Assembly: GCF_017348835.2 (NCBI RefSeq)
Contig: NZ_CP071375.1
Origin: Escherichia coli
Lineage (GTDB): Bacteria > Pseudomonadota > Gammaproteobacteria > Enterobacterales > Enterobacteriaceae
Strand: one strand, 5' to 3'
DNA: 64,000 bases
Position numbers and translations under genes: made by a program
Shown: positions 54,316-64,000 of the stretch, piece after piece
Layout: each line of letters starts with the position of its first letter
How positions within the stretch are numbered: the first letter of the stretch is position 1
Notes under the pieces: generated by a model
What the model was told of the DNA's origin: nothing
What the model saw: the letters and a program-made list of their open reading frames with translations, nothing else
The model's database searches: none

Positions 54316-55812
54316 TTACTGTGCAGGTGGAATATCCGTCACTTCAGGATGTACGTCATCCGTGGCGACAGAGGTGGTCGCAGCGGCGGTAGATGGGGCC
54401 ATGATTTGATCCCAGGCCGCCTGCAACGCTTTCATGTTAAATTCCGGCTCGCCTTTCGGCTGCAGCAGTATTAACGCCATATCATTCGACAACTGCTGAC
54501 GCAGATCCTGATTTAACATCTCCACAGTCAGGCTGTTAAGGAAATCCTGCCGCAGTTTCTGATACTGCTCCGGCGCGATATCGACGACCTGATTTTGCAA
54601 CGAACGCATCCGCTGACCCATCAAAATATCGGTATCAGCTCGTGCATAGGCGGCAAACAGTTTCTGCAGCTCCAGTTTCTTTTGCGCCACTAACGCATTG
54701 AACTCTTCTTCCGGCAGACCTTTATCGCGAACCTTCGCCAGTTCACGCGCCACCAGATTAAGGTTGCTGTTCAGCTTGTCGTTTGGTGATTCGATGTTGA
54801 TGGCACACTGCGCACGCAGATACAGCACACGACAGTCAAATCCAAGACCGATGTCTTTGCTGTTACTGGCGCTTAACGCTTGCTGAACATGCCAGAACAG
54901 CGCCTCACGGGCCAGGTCCGCACGCCAGTAGCGCAGCAGTGCGGCTGATTCACGAATCGGCTGCCACGGCGTATCCCACATGATAGATAACCGGTCCTGA
55001 CGCACCGCGTCAGTCATAATACTCACCGCTTCCGCACGCAGCGGAGAAAGCGTCGGCACCGGAGCCGGTGTTTCACGTTTGCCTTTCAGTTCGCCAAACG
55101 TTTTGTTGATTTGGTCGACAACCGAGCGCGCATCCACGTTTCCCACCACCAGCAGCGTCATTGCATCCGGGGTGTACCATTTCTGATAGAAATCTTTAAT
55201 CTTTTCCGCTTCAACGGGTTGTTTCAGCGGATCGGCAGGATCGTGACCTAACAGGGTTGATCCTTTCAGACGATAACGCCACCAGCCCTCTTTAGTATCG
55301 GCAGGCCAGGTTGCCACCATGTCCTGACTTTGCAGCGCGTGGTTGATGGTTTCTGGTGTGATGGTCAGTTTGCCAGTGGCATTTGCCAGATAAGAGAGCG
55401 CTTCTTTCAGCAAGTCGTTACGGTTATTGGGCAAACTCAGATTAAACAGCGTAGTGTCATAAGAAACAATTACCGGCGGCATCGGGCGTTTAGGGTCGAT
55501 CCCCTGCTGCCACAATGAACGCGCCTGTGCTGCGTCAAGGCCACCGCTTTGCGTTAGCGCAATACGAGGGATGGCGTGACTGTAACCGCTCTGTTGTGTA
55601 CTTTCGGCGAGCGAACCGGTATTAACCAGCAGGCGAATTTCAACACGATCGCTGGGACGCTGGGGGGTGGTCAGCACTTGCCACTGTAAACCGTTGGAAA
55701 GCGTCCCCTGTTGCCATGCTGGATCAGGCTGGAGCGCATCTGCCTGCACATAGCCAGCAGTGGCCATCATCAGCAAACCGCCCGCTAAAAGTCGAATTTT
55801 TGTGCCCTGCAT
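54316..55812 (-). CDS. yhjJ: Periplasmic M16-family peptidase-like protein YhjJ (498 aa)
   Basis: Signal peptide. M16 family with inactive/inverted zinc-motif topology. Confidence 0.85.
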   Translation of the reverse strand: MQGTKIRLLAGGLLMMATAGYVQADALQPDPAWQQGTLSNGLQWQVLTTPQRPSDRVEIRLLVNTGSLAESTQQSGYSHAIPRIALTQSGGLDAAQARSLWQQGIDPKRPMPPVIVSYDTTLFNLSLPNNRNDLLKEALSYLANATGKLTITPETINHALQSQDMVATWPADTKEGWWRYRLKGSTLLGHDPADPLKQPVEAEKIKDFYQKWYTPDAMTLLVVGNVDARSVVDQINKTFGELKGKRETPAPVPTLSPLRAEAVSIMTDAVRQDRLSIMWDTPWQPIRESAALLRYWRADLAREALFWHVQQALSASNSKDIGLGFDCRVLYLRAQCAINIESPNDKLNSNLNLVARELAKVRDKGLPEEEFNALVAQKKLELQKLFAAYARADTDILMGQRMRSLQNQVVDIAPEQYQKLRQDFLNSLTVEMLNQDLRQQLSNDMALILLQPKGEPEFNMKALQAAWDQIMAPSTAAATTSVATDDVHPEVTDIPPAQ

Positions 55813-55992
55813 GTGAACCCCTGATCAACTATCCTGGTAATAAAAAAACTGCCCGTTGTCGGTCAGTCTAAATGACGTTAAAAACACTTCGTGTTAGACC
55901 GCAAGAACATGAAAATGTCACGGAAGAAGTGAAATAAACCTGAACTCACCCAGGTGGTAAGTTCAGGCACAGGGGTCAATTATGCGCAAACA

Positions 55993-56018
55993 CCCGCACT
56001 CGGGGAAGGGAGTGCGGG
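55993..56018. terminator. dctA terminator (cccgcactcggggaagggagtgcggg)
   Basis: GC-rich inverted repeat after the dctA stop. Confidence 0.7.
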
Positions 56019-56032
56019 CATAAGTGATGAGA

Positions 56033-57355
<1,323 letters not shown>

Positions 57356-57501
57356 TTATGGGGTACCTGCGGCCTTAAAATAACACCCAGACAACATCAC
57401 AGAAATGTACCTGGATCATAATTGAAACAAAAAGGTTAAAAAGTTTGAGCTGGCTCGCACAAACCAGCACTTTTTAAAGTTTTGTAATCAGTTTGGGGTA
57501 G

Positions 57502-59490
57502 CTACTTTTCTTCCAGGTAACTCTCTTCGAAGATTTCAATAGGGAGTGGGCGAGCAAAAAGGAAGCCCTGGGCAATACCAACGCCCGCTTTTGCCAGCCA
57601 GTCGCGTTGTGCTTCAGTCTCCACGCCTTCGGCAATCATTTGTAAGTTCAGGCTCTGCGCCAGCATGATAATTGCAGCAATCATGCTGCTATCTTCCGGC
57701 AAGCCTTCAACAAACATTTTGTCGATTTTCAGTACGTCGATTGGCAACGATTTCATATGCTGCAGCTGACGCAGCCCTGCGTAGCCCATGCCGAAATCAT
57801 CCAGCGCCACCCGAACTCCGGCATTGCGCAGCGGACGGAGGATTGCCACCGCAGCATGAGGGTCGTCAATACGTCGGCTTTCTGTCACTTCCAGAATCAG
57901 TGTTCCCGGCTGAATGCGATAGCGGGTTAACAGTTCCAGCATATCCGCCACCATATTTGGGTGCATCAGTTGCAGCGCTGAGAGGTTTACCGACAAGGGC
58001 AGCATAATGCCGCGCTCTTGCCAGGCAGCCAACAGTCGACAGGACTCTTCCAGCACCCAGTGACCGACGGTAACCATCAGCCCACAGCACTCAATGCGAT
58101 CAATTAAGCCATCCGGCAGGTCCCAACTGCCATCCGGTTGCTGGATACGCAGTAACACTTCCGCACTGACCAGTTTACCGCTGGTCATCTCGACCTGTGG
58201 CTGTAACCAAATAGCAAACTGATGATTTTCCAGTGCATTAAGGATATCGCTCTCTTCCGTCAACCGCTTCTGGGCGGCTTCCATCTGCTGCGGATCAAAG
58301 AACTGAATCTGATTCTTGCCTTTATGGCGAGCGGTAAATGCCGCAGAAATAGCGCGACTGTAAAGCTGTTCGGCGGTGAGATCGCCGTAGAACATCGCCA
58401 CGCCAATGCTACAGTGCGGACGGAGTTGAATACGTTCAATCGGCAGGCGCTCGCTCATGATAGTGAGCACTTGCTGACCCAAAGTGATTGCGTGCCACGG
58501 TTCCTGTACACCGTTGGCAATGACAGCAAAGTCATAACCGCTAATCTGCGCGAGGATCATACGTGGCGACAGTACCGATTTGAGTTTTTCCACCAGCGTC
58601 AGCAGCAGAATTTCTCGTTGCGCCTCTTTCAGCACACCCGCAGTATCACGCAGGGTTTCACAGGTGATGATCATCAGCGCGGTGGTTTGTTTACGCGCGA
58701 CAACCTGCTCCAGCATCTCCATCAGCAAGGCTTTGTTCGGCAAATCCGACACCGGGAAGCGCATCGCATTTTCGTTCTGTTCTTCATAATGGCGCTGCAG
58801 CAATTGCTGGTTGAGGTTGTAACTGCGCACCAACATACCGATTTCATCGTCCTGATGCAGACGCGGTAATGCCAGTTGGTGACCAACAAGCTCCTGGGCT
58901 GGGATGGCGTTAAGTTCGCGAGCAATATTGCGTAACGGATGCAAAATCAGGCGGTTAATGCACCAGCTAATCGCCACCGTCAATATTAATGACAAAAGTA
59001 AGTAAATGGTCACTAACGTTGAGAGGGTGCTCATCACGAACTTATACATACGGAAGGAATCCGCCTGTAGCACCAGATAGGCAATTGGCTGCGGATTTGC
59101 CGGACGTTCGAGCGAGTAAACGCCCAGCGAGATTTGAACCGGTAGCTCAAACAGGCGAGTAACCATTACCGGCACCGGACGCTCTGGAATAAAACTTTTA
59201 CGCAGCGCCTGGAACTGGTTGGGCAGCACTACATCGGCACGGCTGACCACGCCTGCCGGTTTAATGCTGGCAAGAATAGCTTCCGCTTCGGGAATATCGC
59301 CTTTCAAAATGGCTGAAGATAAGGGTTCGCGGACAGAGCGAGCAATGCTTTCCAGTTGCGTAGCCGTGTTATAGCGATTCTGCTGGACCAGATGGAACAG
59401 CAAAACGGTGCAAAAAATAAAAACGAACACCAGGACAACGGCTGCCACCATTGCCATCTGCTTGATTGTTAACGAGCGACTTACGCGCAA
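57502..59490 (-). CDS. pdeK: c-di-GMP phosphodiesterase PdeK/YhjK (HAMP-GGDEF(degenerate)-EAL, about 650-662 aa; start codon choice uncertain)
   Basis: Two TM helices and a C-terminal EAL domain (ELLLRI, EGVET). Confidence 0.85.
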   Translation of the reverse strand: MRVSRSLTIKQMAMVAAVVLVFVFIFCTVLLFHLVQQNRYNTATQLESIARSVREPLSSAILKGDIPEAEAILASIKPAGVVSRADVVLPNQFQALRKSFIPERPVPVMVTRLFELPVQISLGVYSLERPANPQPIAYLVLQADSFRMYKFVMSTLSTLVTIYLLLSLILTVAISWCINRLILHPLRNIARELNAIPAQELVGHQLALPRLHQDDEIGMLVRSYNLNQQLLQRHYEEQNENAMRFPVSDLPNKALLMEMLEQVVARKQTTALMIITCETLRDTAGVLKEAQREILLLTLVEKLKSVLSPRMILAQISGYDFAVIANGVQEPWHAITLGQQVLTIMSERLPIERIQLRPHCSIGVAMFYGDLTAEQLYSRAISAAFTARHKGKNQIQFFDPQQMEAAQKRLTEESDILNALENHQFAIWLQPQVEMTSGKLVSAEVLLRIQQPDGSWDLPDGLIDRIECCGLMVTVGHWVLEESCRLLAAWQERGIMLPLSVNLSALQLMHPNMVADMLELLTRYRIQPGTLILEVTESRRIDDPHAAVAILRPLRNAGVRVALDDFGMGYAGLRQLQHMKSLPIDVLKIDKMFVEGLPEDSSMIAAIIMLAQSLNLQMIAEGVETEAQRDWLAKAGVGIAQGFLFARPLPIEIFEESYLEEK

Positions 59491-59571
59491 ATTGTCTCCC
59501 CCCGGAAATCCCAGATTGCCGCCCGAGTATACCCGATCGCAGCGGCATTAAGAGAGGCGCTATCTGAAAAC

Positions 59572-62500
59572 TTACCAGTCGGCGTAAGGTATCAGCGGCT
59601 GCGGCGGTAAATCCATGTCACCCTGCCATCCGGCGGCGGAATAACGTACGTAGAGCAGGAAATGGCTGGGTGCGTAATCTTTCGCCTGCTGGATATCAAT
59701 TGCCGTGCCGACAAACCAGTTGGAAGTAACACGTCGTTCAAGTAATGCCCGCGCCGTATAGCCGAAGCCCTGACTGCTGCCGCCATCGTTGGATTGCCGC
59801 GCAGCTTCTTCCTGCCAGTCAGTCGGGATCAGATTCATCAGCGGATAACGCGGCATGGTTTTGGTGCGTGAATGCGACCACGAGCCAGACGCCCCCAGCT
59901 CCCACGACCAGTTTTCCGTGCGCTCCCGCCACATCACCGGTATGGCAAACGACAGGTATTCCTGCGGACTGTAGTAACCGCCCTGACCGAGTGAGTAGCC
60001 ACTCAGGTCTTTGTCGTAATGCCAGATCATGTTGTTCAGGCCGATTGTGACGCGGCGATTGTTCTGGTTGATGACCTTATAGTAATAGCCCGTCATCCAG
60101 CGCACACGCCAGTTATCTTCGACATTTTTACCGGTTAACTGATCACCGCTAAGCGATGCCCAGACGCCGTTTGCTTCACCTTTATCGTAGCTCAGACTTA
60201 GCCCCACGCCGTCGGCACGCACGCCGCCCCATTTTTTCCCGGTATTGCTCGGGGAGTCTTTTTGCCCACCAAAGGCCAGCAAAGAACTGGAGATGGGCCG
60301 ACGGTGGGCGTTAACGGTGTAACCCAGCGGCCCGATATCATCGCTGTAACTGATGCCGCCGACCACATCCACCACGTTGAAGCCCATCGGCGTGGTGCCG
60401 ATATCCCAGCTCCAGACGTCATTTCGCCAGCCGACCGCCACGCTGGCACCGGAATCCGACTGGCTGCGGTTGCCGCTACAGTCCTGTAATGTACAGGTGC
60501 CCCAGTTATCATCCCATTTACCATCGGCATTAGTGGAGAAACTGCCGACGTTCATATTGACGAAATCACTGCGAAAGAACATCCGCCCGTCAGAATACGG
60601 CGCGTCCACCTGCAACATAGTGGTGTGCGCTTTCAGATCGGAGTAACCACCGGTGCCGCTCGATCCCCAATAATCATGCTCAAGGGTGACGTTAAGATCC
60701 TGCTGGCGATAGAGGTCCGCCGCATCGCTGCGCACGCCGCGTTTCAGCCAGTCATCTTTCTCGTCGTTACGGGTCAGTCGGGTAAAGGTGTCGTTATCCT
60801 GCGGACGCGTCGTAGTCACACCGGATGCGACCATGGCGTCTTTGTAGGTTTCCAGCGCCTGCTTTGGATCGCCCGCCTGCGCTTCAAACTTCGCACCGTC
60901 GCGCAGCACCATCGCGCTTTCCATCGACGGTGGCTGAGATTTTGCCTGCGGGATCAACTTATTAAACGTCTGCTGCGCCGCTGCGGTATCGCCAAGCTGC
61001 GCCTGCGCCAGCGCCACGCGCCGCTGTGTGTTCAGCGAGGCGTTATCGGTAGCGGGCAGTTTCGCCAGCTGGCTACGTGCCGCCGCTGTGTCACCGGCAG
61101 CAATATCCACTTCCGTCAGCCCCAGAATGGCATCGGCGTTAGTTGGCTCCCGCGTCAGGACATTCTGATATGCAGCGCGGGCGGCGGTGTAATCACGTCG
61201 CTGCTGCGCCCAGTCAGCCAGCGTGAGGTCAATACGCGAGGAAGGCGGTTGCTGGCGCAGCATCGCTTCCGCTTCAGCTTCTTTGCCGCTTTCTCGCAGG
61301 CGATTAGCGGTTTCCAGCACCTGATCGCTTTGCAGTCGATTAACCAGCTCCTGAATATTGCTGCTCCACTGCGCACGCGGCAGGCTGTTGATATGCGCCA
61401 GCGCCGCTCTGTCCTGGTCATGACCAGAGAGGTACAGCCCGTAAGCGTAAACCTGCTCCGGGTCGTTCGGCTTCTGCTGCGCCAGATTGCGCATTAACGT
61501 ATCGGCCTGGCTGCGTTGTCCGGCCTGCCAGAGATCCTGCGAAAGTCGGTAAGTAATCCATACGCTGCCGGGGTCCAGCGCCAGTCGTTGCCGCTGAAGT
61601 GCTGCCGCCTGCGCCCATTTGCCCTGGTTTTCCAGTGCCTCTGCCTGCTGTGCCAGACGGTCGTTTTGCAGGCTGCGTTCGATATCATCAATGCTACGTC
61701 GCTGACTGGCAGAGAGCGAGGCGATAAACGCTTCAGCTTTTTCTGGCGATTGCTGGCGGTAAATATTTGCCAGCCCGCGCACGGCGTTAGTGTTGCCGCT
61801 GTCCATACGCAAGGTCTGCTGATAATAACGTTCGGCGGCGGGATAATCTTTTCGCGCCATCGCCACATCGCCCAGCCCCAGCACTGCATAACTGTCGGTG
61901 TTATCGACATTACGCGCCTGCTGGAACAGGCGTTCTGCCCGGTCAGGATTATTGGCTTTCAGCGCAGCATCGCCCTGCTGGATCGCCAGCCAGTAGCGGT
62001 TTACTTTCAGCAGACTGTTCCATTTGTCGTTGTTGCTGCTGTGCGGGTCCAGTGCGAGGGCTTTTTCCAGATTCGCCACTGCATTGGCGCGATCGCCTTT
62101 CTGTGAATATGCCTGGCCCAGCGCCCCCAGAGCCTCACTGTCTTTCGGGTTCGCCCGCACTGCCTGTTGTAGTTCGGGAATGGCTTTACCCGCCATACCA
62201 GAGTCCACCGCCGCTAAACCTTGCGCACGAGCGCGGAAAGCAGGATCGGCCAGCTGTTTTTGCTGTTCTGCCAATTGCGATTGCGCAGCCGCCACGCTAT
62301 CGCCATCACTAAAGATCGAAAGATATTTTTTCAGCGCCGACACACTGGCATCACTGACGGGCATGTCTTTAATCTGCCCGTACCAGATTTTAGAGGCCCC
62401 TTCGCGCCCGGCGTTCGATTTCGCCATCTGTTCCAGGACGGCAAAACCTTCGTCACGGCGATCGCTACTAAACAGCAATAGCGCCAGATTGTTTTGCAGG

Positions 62501-63045
62501 CCCGTATTGCCCGGTGCATCCGCATTGATGCGTTTTAACTGATTAATCGCTTCGCCACGGCGAGCCGGAATTTTCGCCACCGTACTCCAGTACTCGACAG
62601 CAATGTCACCTTCCGGCGGCGCACCGTTGAACAGTTTGTTGTAACTCGCCACAGCTTCTTCCGCATGACCGGTAGTCGCCTGCAATCTTGCCTGTTGCAG
62701 TGCCTGACGACCATCCGGCGTGGAAAGTAGCATCGTAGTCCGCGACGATTTATACGCATTTGAACTCGGCGCTAACTGCGACAGCCGATCGAGCTGTTTT
62801 TGCGCGCCATCAATATCGCCCTGACGTAACAAAGAACGGAAACGGGCGGCAACGACGTCCGGGTTATTCGGATCAATAAGTTCCAGCCGATACAACGACT
62901 GCTGTACCAGGTCTTCACGATGGGTCGCTTCGCCTAACCGAACTTGCTCCAGCAACTGTTGCTGAGCGGTTGGTGCTGCCTCGACCATCGGCATGACGGC
63001 CAGACCGAGGGAAAGCGTGAATATGTTTAGTGTGAATTTGCGCAT
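59572..63045 (-). CDS. bcsC: Cellulose synthase outer-membrane/TPR subunit BcsC (1157 aa)
   Basis: 1157 aa. N-terminal TPR repeats plus a C-terminal beta-barrel. Confidence 0.95.
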   Translation of the reverse strand: MRKFTLNIFTLSLGLAVMPMVEAAPTAQQQLLEQVRLGEATHREDLVQQSLYRLELIDPNNPDVVAARFRSLLRQGDIDGAQKQLDRLSQLAPSSNAYKSSRTTMLLSTPDGRQALQQARLQATTGHAEEAVASYNKLFNGAPPEGDIAVEYWSTVAKIPARRGEAINQLKRINADAPGNTGLQNNLALLLFSSDRRDEGFAVLEQMAKSNAGREGASKIWYGQIKDMPVSDASVSALKKYLSIFSDGDSVAAAQSQLAEQQKQLADPAFRARAQGLAAVDSGMAGKAIPELQQAVRANPKDSEALGALGQAYSQKGDRANAVANLEKALALDPHSSNNDKWNSLLKVNRYWLAIQQGDAALKANNPDRAERLFQQARNVDNTDSYAVLGLGDVAMARKDYPAAERYYQQTLRMDSGNTNAVRGLANIYRQQSPEKAEAFIASLSASQRRSIDDIERSLQNDRLAQQAEALENQGKWAQAAALQRQRLALDPGSVWITYRLSQDLWQAGQRSQADTLMRNLAQQKPNDPEQVYAYGLYLSGHDQDRAALAHINSLPRAQWSSNIQELVNRLQSDQVLETANRLRESGKEAEAEAMLRQQPPSSRIDLTLADWAQQRRDYTAARAAYQNVLTREPTNADAILGLTEVDIAAGDTAAARSQLAKLPATDNASLNTQRRVALAQAQLGDTAAAQQTFNKLIPQAKSQPPSMESAMVLRDGAKFEAQAGDPKQALETYKDAMVASGVTTTRPQDNDTFTRLTRNDEKDDWLKRGVRSDAADLYRQQDLNVTLEHDYWGSSGTGGYSDLKAHTTMLQVDAPYSDGRMFFRSDFVNMNVGSFSTNADGKWDDNWGTCTLQDCSGNRSQSDSGASVAVGWRNDVWSWDIGTTPMGFNVVDVVGGISYSDDIGPLGYTVNAHRRPISSSLLAFGGQKDSPSNTGKKWGGVRADGVGLSLSYDKGEANGVWASLSGDQLTGKNVEDNWRVRWMTGYYYKVINQNNRRVTIGLNNMIWHYDKDLSGYSLGQGGYYSPQEYLSFAIPVMWRERTENWSWELGASGSWSHSRTKTMPRYPLMNLIPTDWQEEAARQSNDGGSSQGFGYTARALLERRVTSNWFVGTAIDIQQAKDYAPSHFLLYVRYSAAGWQGDMDLPPQPLIPYADW

Positions 63046-64000
63046 TCCTGGCCCCAGTCAGGTAATAACTCACCTTTTGTCGAGAAGCGGAAACGGTGTT
63101 GATCCCAGCCTTGTCCAAACAGGGTCAGCACATAGTTGTAATAGGCATCGCTGCCGGGAAAGTTATCGGCCACGCGCTGGCGCTGAACGGCCTGCGCATC
63201 GCGGTTTTGTAAAAAGGGCAGCATGGCGGCAGAAAAACCGACTGGTCCTTTACCCTGCGCTTTCCCCGTAGCCACATCCACTTTTTCCGGCGGATAACCG
63301 TTTTTCTCAGTGAATGTCGCCATCGGTTTAAACCGGTTGAGCATCCGCGCTTTCTGCGGATCGCTGTCAGGCATCATGCCTACCCACATATAAACGCGGA
63401 TAGCGTCGTAGCTGCTGATCAATGTTTTTTCGGCTTTTAGCTGCCAGCCTTTGTCTTTCTCATAGCGCACCCAGTCTGGCGAAAAGCCTTTCGGGGCGGT
63501 TTCCAGCAATAAACGTTGATTGGTTTCGCGCAGCGTAGTCCACGGCGCGCCAAAGCGGGTGAAATACTGCGCCAGCGTCGGCGGCAGGTAGCTGGGGTTA
63601 AAACGCCAGCTGTTATCCTCAGCAAAACCCACTTTGCCCGGTAACAACATGGAACCCAGCCCAGGCACCGTCACCACTTCCTCCCGCGCAATACGTTTTA
63701 GCAACGCGCTGCCGATGTCGGTATAACGCTGCTCTTTCCACAAACGCCCCGCCTCCAGCAACGACCAGGCCATCCAGACATCACCATCGGAGGCCGAATT
63801 GCTGTCCAGCACTTCCCACTTACTGTTCTCTTTCTTGCCCCACAGCCAGGCGGGCAAACGTTCTTTTAAAGAACCCTGAGCGAGATTGTTCTGCGTCCAG
63901 TCGAGAATATTATCGAAAGCTGCACGGTCGTTAGCCGCCAGGGCAAAGAACATGCCGTAACTTTGCCCTTCGGAGGTGGTGATTTTGCGCGCGTCGCTGG
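63027..64000 (-). CDS. bcsZ: Endo-1,4-beta-glucanase BcsZ (GH8), C-terminal about 324 codons. The N-terminus lies beyond the window end.
   Basis: GH8-like sequence. Stop overlaps the bcsC start by 19 nt. Reading frame is open to position 64000. Confidence 0.85.
   Translation of the reverse strand, partial: SDARKITTSEGQSYGMFFALAANDRAAFDNILDWTQNNLAQGSLKERLPAWLWGKKENSKWEVLDSNSASDGDVWMAWSLLEAGRLWKEQRYTDIGSALLKRIAREEVVTVPGLGSMLLPGKVGFAEDNSWRFNPSYLPPTLAQYFTRFGAPWTTLRETNQRLLLETAPKGFSPDWVRYEKDKGWQLKAEKTLISSYDAIRVYMWVGMMPDSDPQKARMLNRFKPMATFTEKNGYPPEKVDVATGKAQGKGPVGFSAAMLPFLQNRDAQAVQRQRVADNFPGSDAYYNYVLTLFGQGWDQHRFRFSTKGELLPDWGQECANSH

Noticed and set aside
60625-62106. 290-aa and 196-aa plus-strand ORFs inside bcsC. 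Similar 158-178 aa ORFs inside yhjG (50828-52259) and 215 aa inside pdeK (58222-58869).
   Set aside because: These are shadow ORFs antisense to long, well-supported genes.

Overview
This window looks like Escherichia coli chromosome, not K-12: the chu genes and an intact yhiS point to a chuA-positive lineage. Strain placement rests on recognised gene content and synteny, since no search could be run.

Gene order across the window:
- yhiJ-like gene (partial), yhiM, yhiN, pitA, uspB, uspA, dtpB
- rsmJ-prlC, rlmJ, gor
- dinQ type I toxin locus with its agrA/agrB antisense sRNAs
- arsC, yhiS
- acid-fitness island: slp, dctR, then an inserted chu haem-uptake cluster (chuSA / chuTWXYUV), yhiD, hdeBA, hdeD, gadE, mdtEF, gadW, gadY, gadX, gadA
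- yhjA(ccp), treF, yhjB, yhjC, yhjD, yhjE, yhjG, pdeH, kdgK, yhjJ, dctA, pdeK, bcsC and the C-terminal part of bcsZ

No tRNA, rRNA or CRISPR array is present.

Most notable observations:
- An IS481-like single-ORF element (DDE/rve transposase) sits between the LexA-controlled dinQ promoter and agrA.
- A clean deletion removes arsR and almost all of arsB. It fuses the ars operator/promoter to the last 16 codons of arsB, so arsC is an orphan behind an unrepressed promoter.
- The chu island lies between dctR and yhiD, with Fur boxes and a long chuA leader.
- There is a perfect in-frame 18-bp tandem duplication in the yhiJ-like gene. That gene's product also carries metallophosphoesterase motifs.

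I found no wholly new multi-gene system. Nearly everything maps onto well-characterised E. coli loci, and the novelty is in the strain-specific rearrangements at the dinQ/agr/ars junction.
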